A stretch of DNA of 64,000 nt from Azolla caroliniana (taxonomy: Eukaryota > Plantae > Polypodiophyta), in contig JBHGNT010000015.1 of the NCBI GenBank assembly GCA_043228905.1, positions 16,368,001 through 16,432,000 on the forward strand, read 5' to 3'. The notes under the pieces were generated by a model. It searched no databases. It was not told where the DNA came from and saw only the letters and a program-made list of their open reading frames with translations. Below are positions 1 through 12,965 of the stretch, in pieces (position 1 is the first letter of the stretch; each line of letters opens with the position of its first letter). Both the position numbers and the translations under genes were made by a program.

Positions 1-927
1 CATTGATGGACCTGAGCGCATCACAAATCTCCTTTATTTTGGTGGTGTACTCCGTAACCGACATATCTCTTTGTCGGATGTTGTTCAACTCTTGTCAGAG
101 CTGCAATTTACGGGTTGTGGTACTAGCGGCGAAAATCTTCCGAAGATTTTCCCAAGCCTCCTTAGGCATTTTTGCATCCTTGATGTAGCCGAGCATCTGA
201 TCGTGCACACAGGATGCGAGGCAGTACAACACTCCGCTCGCTCCTTGTTCCCATGTCGGGAAGTCTTTGTGTGCCAACTCCGGCGCTACATTGTTCGTTC
301 CTTCCACATAGCTCTAGTAACCATGCCCCAATAGGTACTGGTGCATTTTATATGACCAGGATGCATAGTTGCTCCGGGCGAGCTTTTCTGTGGGAAGCGA
401 ACTTGCCATACCTCTGTCCATCTTGGTTCTCTTTTGTTCTTCACCGGGTGTTAGGGTTTGTCTTCGAAAGCGTCTGTCGGCTACAGAGGAGTCTCAACCC
501 TTGCGCTCTGATACCATGTGAAAGTTAATATGCGGAAGCGTATGACAAACCAGCTCAGCCAGATACCAACAGAATGTAGAGAATAAGGTTTAATGGAGAC
601 CTTACACACAGAATACACAAGAGAGACAGAGAGAGAGCAGAACATAAACTCAATTGAAAAATAATAATCCTCCTATGTACATAGAATGTGCTTAGAGAGC
701 ACTTTTATACAAGTCCATAAAGAACTGACAGAAGTATTGACTGGTACTTCAATGCTCATACGAGTGACGGACACTGACTCCCAAAAATATGCCTACATAC
801 TAGGTTGGATCCGTAGGCCTCTAAAGGCCTCCCAATTTCAATCTGATCCGGCTCTTGATTCCGAACACCGATCCGGTTCTCCGTTCCAGATACCGATCCG
901 GATCCGGTTGAGCTTGCTCGCTTAACA
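1..927 (-). mobile_element. 5' end of a Ty1/copia LTR retrotransposon (5' LTR 517-927, PBS 505-516, decayed gag running off the window)
   Basis: GCTCTGATACCA at 505-516 is a tRNA-iMet PBS on the minus strand, directly followed by a TG...CA bounded segment (minus TGTTAAG...TTTCACA). ORF 95-307 has UBN2-type gag (KEAWENLRKIFAASTTTRKLQL), the same family as 47198-47647. Confidence 0.85.
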
Positions 928-1420
928 AATCTTTTACGCATGCAACACTCTTTTTTGTGAATCGACCTATTCTGTATCATTCTTTTACAGACGGTTCTCG
1001 AAATGAGACACATATTACCTGTTTCAAATTTCCTAATGATCAAAACGTATCCAATCGCATCTCACTAGTACCTGCATGAGCCTTGGCTCTCAAAGAACCT
1101 TAACACTTCTTCGAAGTTGTTTACACAAGTTAGTTGTTGATGTTGCATCCTCGCATTCTCACCCCAAATATGAAGATATCAAATGTATACAATGAAAACT
1201 TACTCAAGGATGAATATCACTTATCGAATACTCTACGTATACGGTAATTTGTGAGAAATATAATAACTTGTTGGTCAGGCATAATAATCTAAGAGTCATA
1301 CTTGAAGCCTTAGATTTGTAATCCCCCTTCTTAGTTAGGAGTTGCATATAAGATGATATGTTGATTTGATCCCATTTGTCAAAATTGGCCTCATCGTGAA
1401 CAATAAAATATCTACTATAT

Positions 1421-1466
<46 letters not shown>

Positions 1467-1649
1467 GAAAACACTCAACTATATTAATAAATGTGTAAAA
1501 AACACTACTTACAATGGGTGTCACAATGGAGTATGGTCACCCACTAACTACATGGGTAGTGGAACATGTTAAATTGCCAATAAGCAAGATGAACACTCCA
1601 CTAAGAAAATAATTTCCACTTGCTCCAATAAAGAAAATTGCCACTTTAG

Positions 1650-2960
1650 TACTCCCTTCAACTTTCATAGATATGCATTGACTCCATGCTTACCATCAAA
1701 GACAAATGCATTTCGCATATCCCAATTATGATGTAATCCCCAATCCCTCAAAAATAGGAAAATGGTCTCCATCTCTAATTTTGGGTTGACTTGTGTGAAT
1801 TGTACAAACACCCACTATTTTGGCATCAAATAACATCGTGACAAAACTTGCCAAATTTGAGAAATGTAACTCCAAATTTGACTAGCAATCAGACATTGTA
1901 TGAAATGATGGATACTATCTTCCAGTTGGATAGTGGAAAAGAAGCAATTACATGTTTCACACTTTAGAGTTAATCCCAAAAGCAAAACCCCAATCAAAAC
2001 TCTCCAAATGAAGACAATTTGCTACAAGTGGCAATTTAGAATGCCAACTACGTTTTAAGATTTGTCACCATCCATAATCAAAGTTGTGTAATATGACACT
2101 AACGTAAAATTTTGCTAGAAGTCATGACATAACAAAATAAGAGAGAGATGAGAAAATTGGGAATCGAACCCAAGACATAAACAACAATAGCATGACAACA
2201 TACCACTAGGATGAGTTGATTTAAAATAATAATAAATGAAATTTATAAATAAATAAAAGGAGCACGTTTTTCCCTTTTCAAACGTGTTCGTTTTCAAACG
2301 TTTGAATGCTTGCACGAACACATATATTACATTCTATGATTGTGAGTTTGAGCACATGTCTTAGAATAATGAAAATCTATGAGTCATCACATGAATAGAT
2401 AAGTACAATATTCCAACACTTGGGGGTTTTCTAGATTATTCCACGCAATCGATGTGATTCCCATCTTATCCCTCTTCCTCAACAAAAAATATGGAAGAGA
2501 TTGCAAAACATAATGCAAGGCCTTCTTTGTCCATGGCAACAACGACAAGTAATATAATATCATGGATTCATGGGTTCCACAATACACTATACAACCATTA
2601 AATGACCAAGATTGTGACTTCTGATATATGAATTTATCCCTTAACTTACTAGAAATTCATTCAATCAATTGACCATTCATAACATTTATTCTCAATTGAT
2701 ACCTCAAGTGTCAAAAAATAGAGGCTTGTAGAAATATAAAAGAATCATCTAACAAAGCATGTGTTGCCAGATGCCCCCCAGATAGAAGATGTAGACCCAC
2801 AATGTCATCATTCGTTGCAAGCCTTAATAACATAAGTAACAAGGGTATGAGTACTAATAGCAAACAAATGGGCTAAGTGGGCATCCTTGACAAATAGATC
2901 TCGTGATGACAATATTTGATGTAATTCCCCCATCAAGCATTAATCGAGACACTACATCTT
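1650..2960 (-). mobile_element. Decayed L1-type LINE ORF2 remnant (RT to zf-RVT)
   Basis: Minus-strand translation gives RT motif ITRSICQGCPLSP (~2870-2908), a degenerate FADD box (HALLDDSFIF, ~2735-2765) and zf-RVT-like WRVLIGVL...CFFSTIQLEDSIHHFIQC (1815-2010). Many stops and frameshifts. Confidence 0.7.
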
Positions 2961-2980
2961 GTCCTAATAAAATATCTATA

Positions 2981-3025
<45 letters not shown>

Positions 3026-3059
3026 ATGTATATGTTTATATTAAAACAACATGATAATA

Positions 3060-3794
3060 CAAAAAAACCTTGTTATCAAAACTACGTCAAAGGTAGCGAT
3101 GTGGCAAGGACAACCTTCTAAGGTGCTGCAATACAAAGCAACACAAATGTAACTCATTTGGGGACAAAGTTCCCATACAACATAATTGTGAAAATTGCCA
3201 AATCAACTTTCCTCTTATCCTACATATCCGTTGAGATACTCCATAAAGCCCATCAAATAAGAAACCATTCCGCAAGTTCCAAATATACCACATGCCCAAG
3301 TACCGCAAATAATCAAACACAAACTTATACTCCGGGGATGGTAAAACTCTATCACCTTCAATGAAAACCCATTGAAAAGGTGACAAAAGATATACCTATC
3401 CATATACTTTTAGTAACAGAGCAAGATATAAACCTGTGTCGAGAATCTTCATCAATTGTCGTACAAAAGACACATGTACCACTACCAATGTGTCTTCGTT
3501 TTAAAGCCCTAGCCAAAGGTAACCCACCAACCATAGCACGCCAAAGTAACACCTGATTGTAGAAAAGATTGCAACTCTTTGCCAGGCATAGGTGATAGCA
3601 TCTTCACGATTATTACAATGGGATGGAAATGATAGTTTAAAGTCAAAGTTTAATAGAATGGCAAAAGTAGGCTTGGTAATTGTGGAGGATGGTATTTTAG
3701 AGTCACAAAGGCAGATGATGGCTTTTCGAACTATGAGAAGTAGATTTCATATACCTATTGGATATGGTCAGATTTGGCAAACAATTGCCTATTT

Positions 3795-3800
<6 letters not shown>
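3060..3800 (-). mobile_element. Decayed L1-type LINE 3' fragment (zf-RVT and C-terminus)
   Basis: ORFs 3358-3552 (LLWRAMVGGLPL...CVFCTTIDEDSRHRFISC) and 3087-3386 (MWYIWNLRNGFLFDG) are typical L1 ORF2 C-terminal motifs joined by a frameshift. Flanked by (CT)n tracts. Confidence 0.75.
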
Positions 3801-3849
<49 letters not shown>

Positions 3850-4232
3850 GCCAATGTCTTTGTACCAATGAAACATTGGAGCATATGGTAAGTACTTAAC
3901 ATCGACAAAGAAATGAAAAAAGAAGTTCACATTCCCTCTATTTTGTTTAAAATTAAGCAATGTCTCTATGATGCTTAAACATAGACGTTATTAAGTATGA
4001 CACTAAATAGCATTCTTGAATTCTTCCAGTACTATGACAAGAAAAATCTTCGAAGAGAAGAAATGGTGTTTAGCTACTACAGTAACCCCAAATATTCCTA
4101 TGCCTCCCTCATTCAACACCCTAGATGTTATGAGGTTCAAAGAGACAACATATATATTTGTGGGGGAATGAATGGGAGTATCGTATCACTTTCACGAGAG
4201 CTAAAGACCGAGGGTTGCCCTTGAGCTATGTG

Positions 4233-4233
<1 letters not shown>

Positions 4234-4288
<55 letters not shown>
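4234..4288. repeat. (AT)n microsatellite (one of many SSRs; (CT)n at ~1426, ~2984, ~3800, ~33358, ~35501 and (GA)n at ~48702)
   Basis: Directly visible perfect dinucleotide runs. Confidence 0.95.
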
Positions 4289-4292
<4 letters not shown>

Positions 4293-5320
4293 GATTTACC
4301 ATTTGAAAACAAACTACATTCTTAAGGTTTGACTAATAAAGCGTAAACTTCATGTTGTGATACTATCGCTCTAGACTTGAAGGGTGGACCCATGCAATAC
4401 ATAGTACCACATGAACACATCAAACCGAGATGTTCATGTTCTCAAGCCTAGTAGGTAGAAAACCATTTGAAAGCATAATACATTGATCAAACTTTATGGA
4501 TAAAGTGGAAATTTTATATCGTGATACTATCATTGAGTGTTTGAACAAAGGTTCTCGAGTGGTAGATAGTGTAACAAGAAGTCGCATTTTCGAGCCCTAA
4601 TGTATCGTACAATGAGAACACATCAAGCATGGAGGGCCGGGTTCTCAAGCAAGTACGGCAAGAAAACACCGAACTTGTGAGGTCAAGCTCTCGACGTTGG
4701 TAGATAAGTGCAATTGAGAGAGAACAGATAGATAGATAGATTCTATTATCATCTTCAAAGGCTAAATATGGCCCATGAGAATGAATCAAGCGTGGAGGTT
4801 CTCGGGTTTCTCTAATAGTGTAGATAGTAGCAATGAGGAGATGTGGGTTGGAGACACAACGAGAAGATTCCGGATGAGGTTTTTGCGCCAGAGTTGGGCT
4901 TTCAAAGTTAAGAAGAAAGCGGTGAGAGGGGAGGGAAGGGTATGGCTGAGATTATCGATAAGACGACGTTCTAGGCATATACATTATTCATACAATGTGG
5001 TTGTAAAACAAACAAAAGGAAAAAAGTAAAGGAAAAAGTTCTCAATTTTGGTTTCCAGCTCCACATGTATCTATTCAATGGAAAGAAAGATGGGAGTTAT
5101 CTGGAGACTTTGATGCCATGTTTACAGGAAAATTCTGAGATAGGGACAACCGTATGTCTCTAGTATGCTCCTACACACAGCCAGATTGCAGACTGAAATG
5201 TCTATTGGTATATTGATTGTTAGCACTAACTAGTGTTAAAGAAGAGGATGATGATGATGATGGAGAAGACCAGTTTTTTTTTTACATAATGATGATCATG
5301 GCTTTTGATCCTGACACATC

Positions 5321-6900
5321 TCAAAGCTTTTTGACTAGGATAGGTGCACCATATTTGGGCCTTGTGGTTATGACCAGCTGAGGCAAGTGCTTGTAAGAAG
5401 GCGAGGGCGCGAAGGAGAAGCGTGGAAGCAAGGTCGCGAGCACGATTTTGGCCTCCATCAATGCGAAGCTCTGGCCGATGCAGTTGCGGGGTCCATGTGC
5501 AAAGGGCAGGAATGCCATGGGGTGTGCGGCCGCCTTGCTCATCCCATGGGCAAAGCGCTGTGGGTCGAATTCGTGTACCCCTTCTCCCCATAGCTCTGGA
5601 TCCAAGTGAATGGCAGTGATGGGGATCAAGAAGCACATCCCCTTGGGCACGAACAGGTCCCCGACCTTCATGTCGCACAATGCCACGCGAATGATCGAGT
5701 TCGCAGGTGCAAACAGCCGCAATGTCTCGTACAGAATCATTTCCACCTGCGTGCATCATCGAATCAAAGTCATGCTATATGCTAGTCAGTCAATCTCATA
5801 TGACCAGCAATGGCCCTACTTATAATATACATTTCAAAAACATATGGCATGGCATCATGCCAATCATTGAATCAAGTCATGCTATATATGCTAGTCAGAG
5901 AATTCTAATCTCATATGACCACCAAATGGCCCACTTCTAATATACATTTCAAAAACATTATCCCATGGCATCATGCAAATCATCATCTCCTTACAATCTT
6001 CAACTTGTTGATGGATTCCACATTCGGAGACTCGTCCTTGCAGATGTGTCTTACTTCAGCCCGAGCTTTGTCTTGCCAGGAAATATTATGTGCCAACAAA
6101 AGCAATGTCCATGTCAATAGCTGGGCTGTCGTCTCATGACCCGCGAAGAAGAAGGTCTTGCATTCATCCACCAGTTGCTGCATCGTTAGCGGCTGTACTG
6201 TGTCCTGTTTCCGGCGTCCGAATTCCTGTGTCATTGATGTGGTGTCCGCCTGCACGGGACGCCCCATCTTTTGGCTTTCACTCAACATTAGCCCTAGCAA
6301 ATCATCTCCATAATCCATCTTCCCAGCTTCGACATTTGCTTTCCTCTCCTCAATTATCTGCCGAATCGATGTCTCAATGACAGTCTTCATCCTTCTCAGC
6401 TTCATCACAGGTGGGATAGGTATATATCTGCAACAAATAATTACCACACGAGAAGCCATTTCAATTGCCAGGACGGCAAAATATGTGTTGTTAAGACAGC
6501 CAGAAATTTTGTTAAGTTTCTCAAGTATTCGATCTAAATCCCATGGGAAGCTTAGTATAAAAAATAAAGATGAGAGGAGCATAAACATGCCTGAAGCCAG
6601 GAATGATGAGAAGATGCCCATACTTTATTACAAACCCTTTCAACTCTTCAAGATGTTCAAAAACCTTCTTCCCTTTCTTGTAGCTACTCCCAAACTGTGT
6701 GACAGCAATAATGTCAGCTGTAAGTTTGATCATCGATTCTTCTACCTCAACCTCCATATGGCCATTGTCTTCAATCCTCTGATTCCATTTCTCGACCATC
6801 TCTTGTGTGAGCTTCACCATCACATGGGCAAATCCCTGTCAAATCCAATCACATAAATCTATGTGGATAGATAGGTAACAACTTCTGGAATTCATATGAC

Positions 6901-6932
<32 letters not shown>

Positions 6933-7784
6933 GGAACCAATGATGATACTCATTTATGCATTTTACATGATATACCTTGAGCTTATCGGAGTGGAATGCA
7001 GGGCCTATGACCCTTCTTTCATGTGCCCATGTTTCGCCATTGGCAAGGATGAGGCCAATACCAGTTAGGGGCTCCAGATATCTCTGAAGGAATGTGGGTT
7101 TCCCCAATGACAAGCTATGCTTAGAAGACAGCACTTCCTTGAGAATTTCCATGTCAGTTGTCACAATGTGAGCATTTGGCCCCCACCAGATGACATGCCT
7201 TTTACCTGTAACACCACAATTGTTGTGTATCCTAACTTATGGTATGCACACACTCACACACACACACACCAGACAGAGAAACCAGAAGATTTTCCAATTA
7301 GTAAGATTTTATTACCATAGACTTGGGTCCACAGCACATGATCTGGGAGGAGATGTTGCACAGTCAAATCATGGCTGCTGAAGGAAGGTAGAGGATCGAG
7401 TGCGGCACTGGATTCGCGGAGGCGTTTGATGTGCATGACATTGCCCAGGAGGAAGGAAGGTGCAGGGCCTCTGAGGCCTTGCTGGCGGGCGAGCCTCGCC
7501 TGCCGTCTCGGGCTCCACCAGACCACATCCATGGCATGCAAGCATATGTGCAGCACGGCGACCACGGCGATGCTACACAAACACGTGAATGCGATCACGA
7601 TGAGGAGCTGAGCAGATGGTGATGGCCATGATGATGGTGGAAGTGGAGGTGGTGATGGTGGAGATGAAGATGAAGGTGATGGTGATGGTGATGATGAAGA
7701 TGATGGTGATGGTGATAGTGAAGATGATGGTGATGGTGATGTGCCCACATAGACATGGTGATGATAGAATTGACCCATCATCAT
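5321..7784 (-). CDS. Cytochrome P450, CYP72 clan (CYP735/CYP709/CYP714-like), 5 exons, ~600 aa
   Basis: Exons (minus) 7784-7316, 7205-6976, 6835-6591, 6427-5995 and 5746-5321 join in frame (1803 nt). Motifs: N-terminal TM then WWSPRR..GLRGPAPSFLLGN, WxxxR (WAHERR), I-helix ECKTFFFAGHETT, ExxR (ETLR), PERF-like FDPQRF and heme loop FAHGPRNCIG. The four intron positions match the CYP72-clan pattern. Intron 3 is GC-AG. Confidence 0.93.
5755..5987. repeat. ~115-bp tandem duplication filling most of P450 intron 4
   Basis: Two diverged copies of gaatca(a)agtcatgctatat...aatatacatttcaaaaacat...catggcatcatgc. Confidence 0.85.
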
Positions 7785-8550
7785 TCAAATGCTCTGTGTG
7801 GATTGAGGCAGGAATGAGGCATTATATTGTGATTCAAACTGAAGAATCTCCTCTAATGGAACGCCCACCATTTCTTCGGCTGCACAACAACACACACACA
7901 CACACACATTTATATATACATATATTTAGAGAGAGAGACAGAGAGAAAGAAAGAAAGAAAGAAAGACAGACAGACAGACAGAGACAGGCATACACAGGAC
8001 ACAAGGGAGGCTCAGCAAGAAAGGTTCATGGGAGGGTACAGAGCTCAAAACATGGGGGTTTGGGTGGGGGGCGCTTTCCCAAAGCATACCCCACCACACT
8101 ATGTACATATACATATATCCATGGCTATGGCCCACCCACCGTCCATAGTGACCCACCAGAAGAGAATGAGACCCCACTCTGGCCACACGTCAAACCGCCG
8201 CCCGTCCGAATACTTACATATATGTCCGGGCTGCCCGCCCAATATATAAATGTCCGGGCTTCCTCGATCACCCGCCCGCTATATGTCCGGTTTAGGGTTT
8301 TAGGGTTTATGGCCCACAGTAACCCCCTTGGAAATAATATGCTCTCAGTGTTTTTGTTTTTTGTTTTCGCGGTCCTTATCCACTGCCGTGCTTGACAACA
8401 AATATGATCGCATCGCGTGGCTGTACAGACAGAATCGGTATCAAATGCTCATTCTCACGAGGAAGGACATCCAGCTACAGTGGACACCGACCTGAAGTAG
8501 CCCATCTCTCGCAACTCTCTCTTCTTATTCTTTTCATAAAAAAAATCTTT

Positions 8551-8584
<34 letters not shown>

Positions 8585-9479
8585 TAAAACAACACGACAA
8601 TACAAAAAAAACTTTCTTTGTCCCTACTACAAAAAGTGAGGGATATTATCACAAAGTGAAGTAAAGACCTTTAAGGTGATGATGGTACAATTAGCTAGCA
8701 ACTCCTCTCAGGACTAGCTGCCAGTAGAGATAAGTTGCGTACACTACCAGATTGATTTCCTTTGCAGTTGACATACCCATTGTGATACTCCTTGGAAACC
8801 ATCAAACATGTACATACGCCATCACAGTGGCCAATTGTACTAGGAGTTGTTGTGAAATGACATTCTCATATTAATGATGGCCACCTAATGTGGTGAGTCG
8901 TGACCGACCTAGAATGGGCATGTGGCACCCTTCTCTCTCTTTCTCTCATTTGTTTCTCTTCCTCGGTCCCCGGATGTTGGTTTGATGGTTTATACTTTGA
9001 TGTTGGCTTGATGGTTTATACTATGGCATCAATGTAATAAAATTGATAGAGCCAAAGTTTGATATCATCATGGGCTTAATCTTGTCCCATATACATACCG
9101 AAATCGGTCAGCCGTGGACATCAAAAATATGTGTGTGAACATACTACAACGTTACCACAATTGACATAGTGTCACCCGCTACATGGGTTATGAAGTGCCA
9201 ATAGGCAAGAAAAACCCATGGTCAATCAAGGATTTTTTCAATTACACCCAGGTTAGACAAAATTACCATGTCAATAAGCTTTCGTAAATACGCCTTACCT
9301 CAATGTCTCCCATTGCATATTGATATACCCCAATAATGACATTATACCCAATACCTCAAAAAGGAGAAAAAATTTCCTCCATCATTAATTTTAGGTGACG
9401 TTTTTTCAATTATACAAACGCTTATTGTGTTGGCATAAGATTACAACATCATGAGATCTACCACATTTGAGGAATGTAA

Positions 9480-10900
9480 TCCCAAATTTGATGAGCAAAT
9501 AGACATTATATGGCGTGACAAGAACTACCTTCAATTGAATCATTCAAAAGAAGCATTTGTTGGTTGGTAGTTCACACTATACCTCTAGGCTCTCACCACT
9601 CTCCAAATAAAGACCTTCGCTAGACATGGAATTTAGAATGCCAACTATGGTGTAAGATATACCATCGTCCAATATTAGAATTATATACATGCCTCTTGTT
9701 TAACTCTACATGAAAAGCATCGATTGAACTTCACAATGTAGTAAATCATGATTTTTATAGCTCCTTGCAAAAAATAAGTCTTGTCCTCGATTTGCCAATC
9801 TAACCATGGGTTCTCTTTTGTCCTCTTCGATAAGGAACCTTACATCAATGATACACTCTGCAACGTTTGCCAACTAAACCCATAATTTTGGCAGAAAGCA
9901 TAACAAGTAACAGACAACAACTTTCCCACAATCATCGCACACATGCCGCTTTGAAACCCTTTGCTATTTGCTAAATAAAAATATCGGTAACCAAGATACA
10001 TGATAGCTTAGTGTATTAAAGGAACCTTAGTGGGAGTTTGAGGGTTAATTCTTCATTTCATTGCAAAATTATATCTATTTACTTAGGAGGAACATGAGCT
10101 ATAAACCGATAGACTAGTGATAAAGTGTTATCACAACCCACCCACCATATGTGAATAACAACTTCCAATAAAACATTAGTTTCGAGCTTGTTTAGTCCTA
10201 ACTCACCTTTGGACTTTAGGCTCCCCAATCATCGTCTCTTGTGCAAAGTTAAGCCTCTTTATTGAATAGTGGTATTGGGTACCAACCTTGATCAATCAAA
10301 AAAACATGATGGATGTTGAGTGATTGTATGCAATTGGTATTTTCCAACGTGTCAACATTAATTGAATTGGTTAAAGATTCCAAAAAGTTTAGTTGATATC
10401 CACTATCCACCACATATAACATATAAGAATACAAATTGCATTAACATCTCTAAAGAGGCCAAACTCACCCATGAGAGCAATATGATATATGACTTAAACT
10501 TTAAAGCTTGTTCACTTGCTTGAGTATGAAATTTAGTAAAAGCCAAGCTAAAAATGAAAAGAGAGAAAATGGGATTAATCTAGGTCACCAACCTTGAAGC
10601 CCTTTGAGACACTTGTACCCTTTAGGAGACTCAACTTAAGTATCCGATGCTTTCCAAACAAGCTTTTATATTTTAGTGGGAATCTCACACTTCTCCCATG
10701 TGGTCCAGTTTCATGTTTCCTAAGCTTGATTTCTTCAACTTCCTCCACAATAATCCCTTGCGGTAAGCTCATATGGCTCACATGTACTCTATTTGGGTTT
10801 AAATGGGTTGTAGGCACTAGTCCTAATTTATGCGGGGAAGTTAATTGTTCTTGATTTATTCCAATGGGTATGGAGGTGTTGTATCCTTCAATATGGTTTA
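9480..10900 (-). mobile_element. Highly decayed LINE-like remnant
   Basis: 9630-9690 resembles 2033-2090 of the L1 remnant (aatttagaatgccaacta..g.gtaagat). The rest is only weakly coding-like and the extent is uncertain. Confidence 0.3.
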
Positions 10901-10929
10901 TTTGTTCTTCTTAAGTTCGATGAGACAAA

Positions 10930-11189
10930 ATATACAATAAATGTTGCAATATTCTACAATGTCTAAGTCTTAATTGTTCCCCCTCTAATGTTTGTTGTGA
11001 TGAACATGAGAGAGCCTAGCTACCTAGGTTTGCAATATTCAACAATACGTAAGTCTTGTTTGTTCATTCTCTAATGTTTTTTTTGCAACATATACAATAA
11101 ATGTTGCAATATTCTACAATGTCTAAGTCTTATTTATTCCCCCTCTAATGTTTTTTGTGATGAACATGAGAGAGCTTAGCTACCTAGGT
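10930..11189. repeat. Direct duplication (~100-bp unit, two full copies plus a partial middle copy)
   Basis: atatacaataaatgttgcaatattctacaatgtctaagtctt...gatgaacatgagagagc.tagctacctaggt at ~10930 and ~11090. Confidence 0.85.
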
Positions 11190-12604
11190 GTGTAATCTCT
11201 CATTGATCAACATGAATGTTCATACCTTTAACTGATTATCCTTACTTTTGCATTTTAATTATGTCTACACATTCAATATACTTACTTTAAGAAGGACTAG
11301 CAAGGATACCTAATTAGTGTGCATGTTCCCATGCACCACACAAAACACTACAGGGACATCTCTCCTTCCTATGGAACCAAAACAATAGGTGGATCACTTG
11401 TTAGACATGTCCATTGTCACAGAGTAATCAGAGAGAGATATTACATACTTTACACGTACAATAATCGAATTGGATGAACTTTATGGAAGATATGACCTAA
11501 CAAACTATACTTCATCCCACCATGAACTCGTGTTTATCCTCTATATTGGTTCCATCCCCCCTCTCATATGCACACCCTAGAAACAAAAAACGGAGGAAAA
11601 CATGCATACACCTCTAGAAATACGAAAAGGAAAAAATATGGAAGCTTCGCTTCAGCAAGTATTTTACATTTATTCTTACGAATTGTGGTAAGTGTGTATA
11701 GAGTACGCCATTTTGATATGCTTCCCCAGTCACCAAAAAGCGACATTATTTTACACATCCCAAAATCACCAAAAAGGTAAGATTTACATCCATCTATAGT
11801 TCATCGTCATTTTCGTGAATAGTATCAAAGTGTACAACACTAATAATTTGCGAGTCTCACTTTTTCCATCAATATATGTCTGTCATTAACCCCCCACCCC
11901 CAAACTGAGTTTTGTCTAGGTGAAAAATGTAAAATGTCATGGGTTGACCATGAGTACATTGGCATTATTTCAAGCAATCGTTCGTTTAAATATACACATA
12001 TATAGTATTTTTCATGTCGTACATGTATGTGCACACAAAGTCGCCCCACCCAAAAACAAGGCCCATAAAGGAAGGACATGATTGCTCCACTCGACAGCCA
12101 AAACCAACATTTGGCCCACCCAAAACAACCATAAAGAGAAGGAATGAGTGCTCTACTGGCAACAAAGGCATTTATTTATTTGATGTATTCTTCTTCTCCT
12201 ATCACTATTTCTTATGTTTGAATGCTTTCTAGTTTTGTCTCTAGTTCCTAGTTTTTGGACATGACCTAGTCCTAATCCTCTAGACTTCTCTTTCTGGCAC
12301 TTAACCTAAATTTTTGTTCCATTACCATTTTGTCTACAGTTGCAACAACAACTCCTGTGGGTATCTAATTATTTATAAATTTTACAAAATTAAAAGTCGT
12401 ACAATTTTATAATTGAACTCGAGACCCATGAGCGGGTATTGAAACTACTAAACACATAAAAGGTAAAAAGTTGGTAAGCAATACGAACATACGTGGATAA
12501 ATAAATGCCTCTAGTGGCTACCTCAACAAGATCTAAACAAATAAACTTAAGTTTGACTCCACATTGCTTGCAATCAAATCATGCAAAGCAAATCATTCAA
12601 TATT

Positions 12605-12965
12605 AATTACTTGGACAATGAGTTCTAACTTAAATCACAACTCATGTTTTCGTCCCGTGTTGTTGGCTATCTCATCATGCATTCTAGGACTAATTCAAAA
12701 CCGGACTGGATTCTATTCTACTTGATTACTTGGACAATGAGTTCTAACCTAAATCACAACTCATGTTTTGGTTTCGTGTTGTTGGCTATCTCCTCATTCA
12801 TTCTAGGACTAATTCAAAACCAGACTGGATTCTATTCTACTTGATTACTTGGACAATGAGTTCTAACCTAAATCACAACTCATGTTTTGGTTTCGTGTTG
12901 TTGGCTATCTCATCATGCATTCTATGACTAATTCAAAACCGGAATGGATTCTATTCTACTTATTG
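12605..12965. repeat. ~120-bp tandem repeat, 3 copies
   Basis: Units start attacttggacaatgagttctaac at ~12606, ~12725 and ~12844 and end actaattcaaaacc..a.tggattctattctact. Confidence 0.92.

Noticed and set aside
3997-4224. ORF ending SLSRELKTEGCP, resembling the L1 RT QGCPL motif
   Set aside because: A single weak motif; insufficient to call.
7616-8395. 259-aa plus-strand ORF
   Set aside because: Antisense to P450 exon 1 and built from simple repeats; no recognisable domain.
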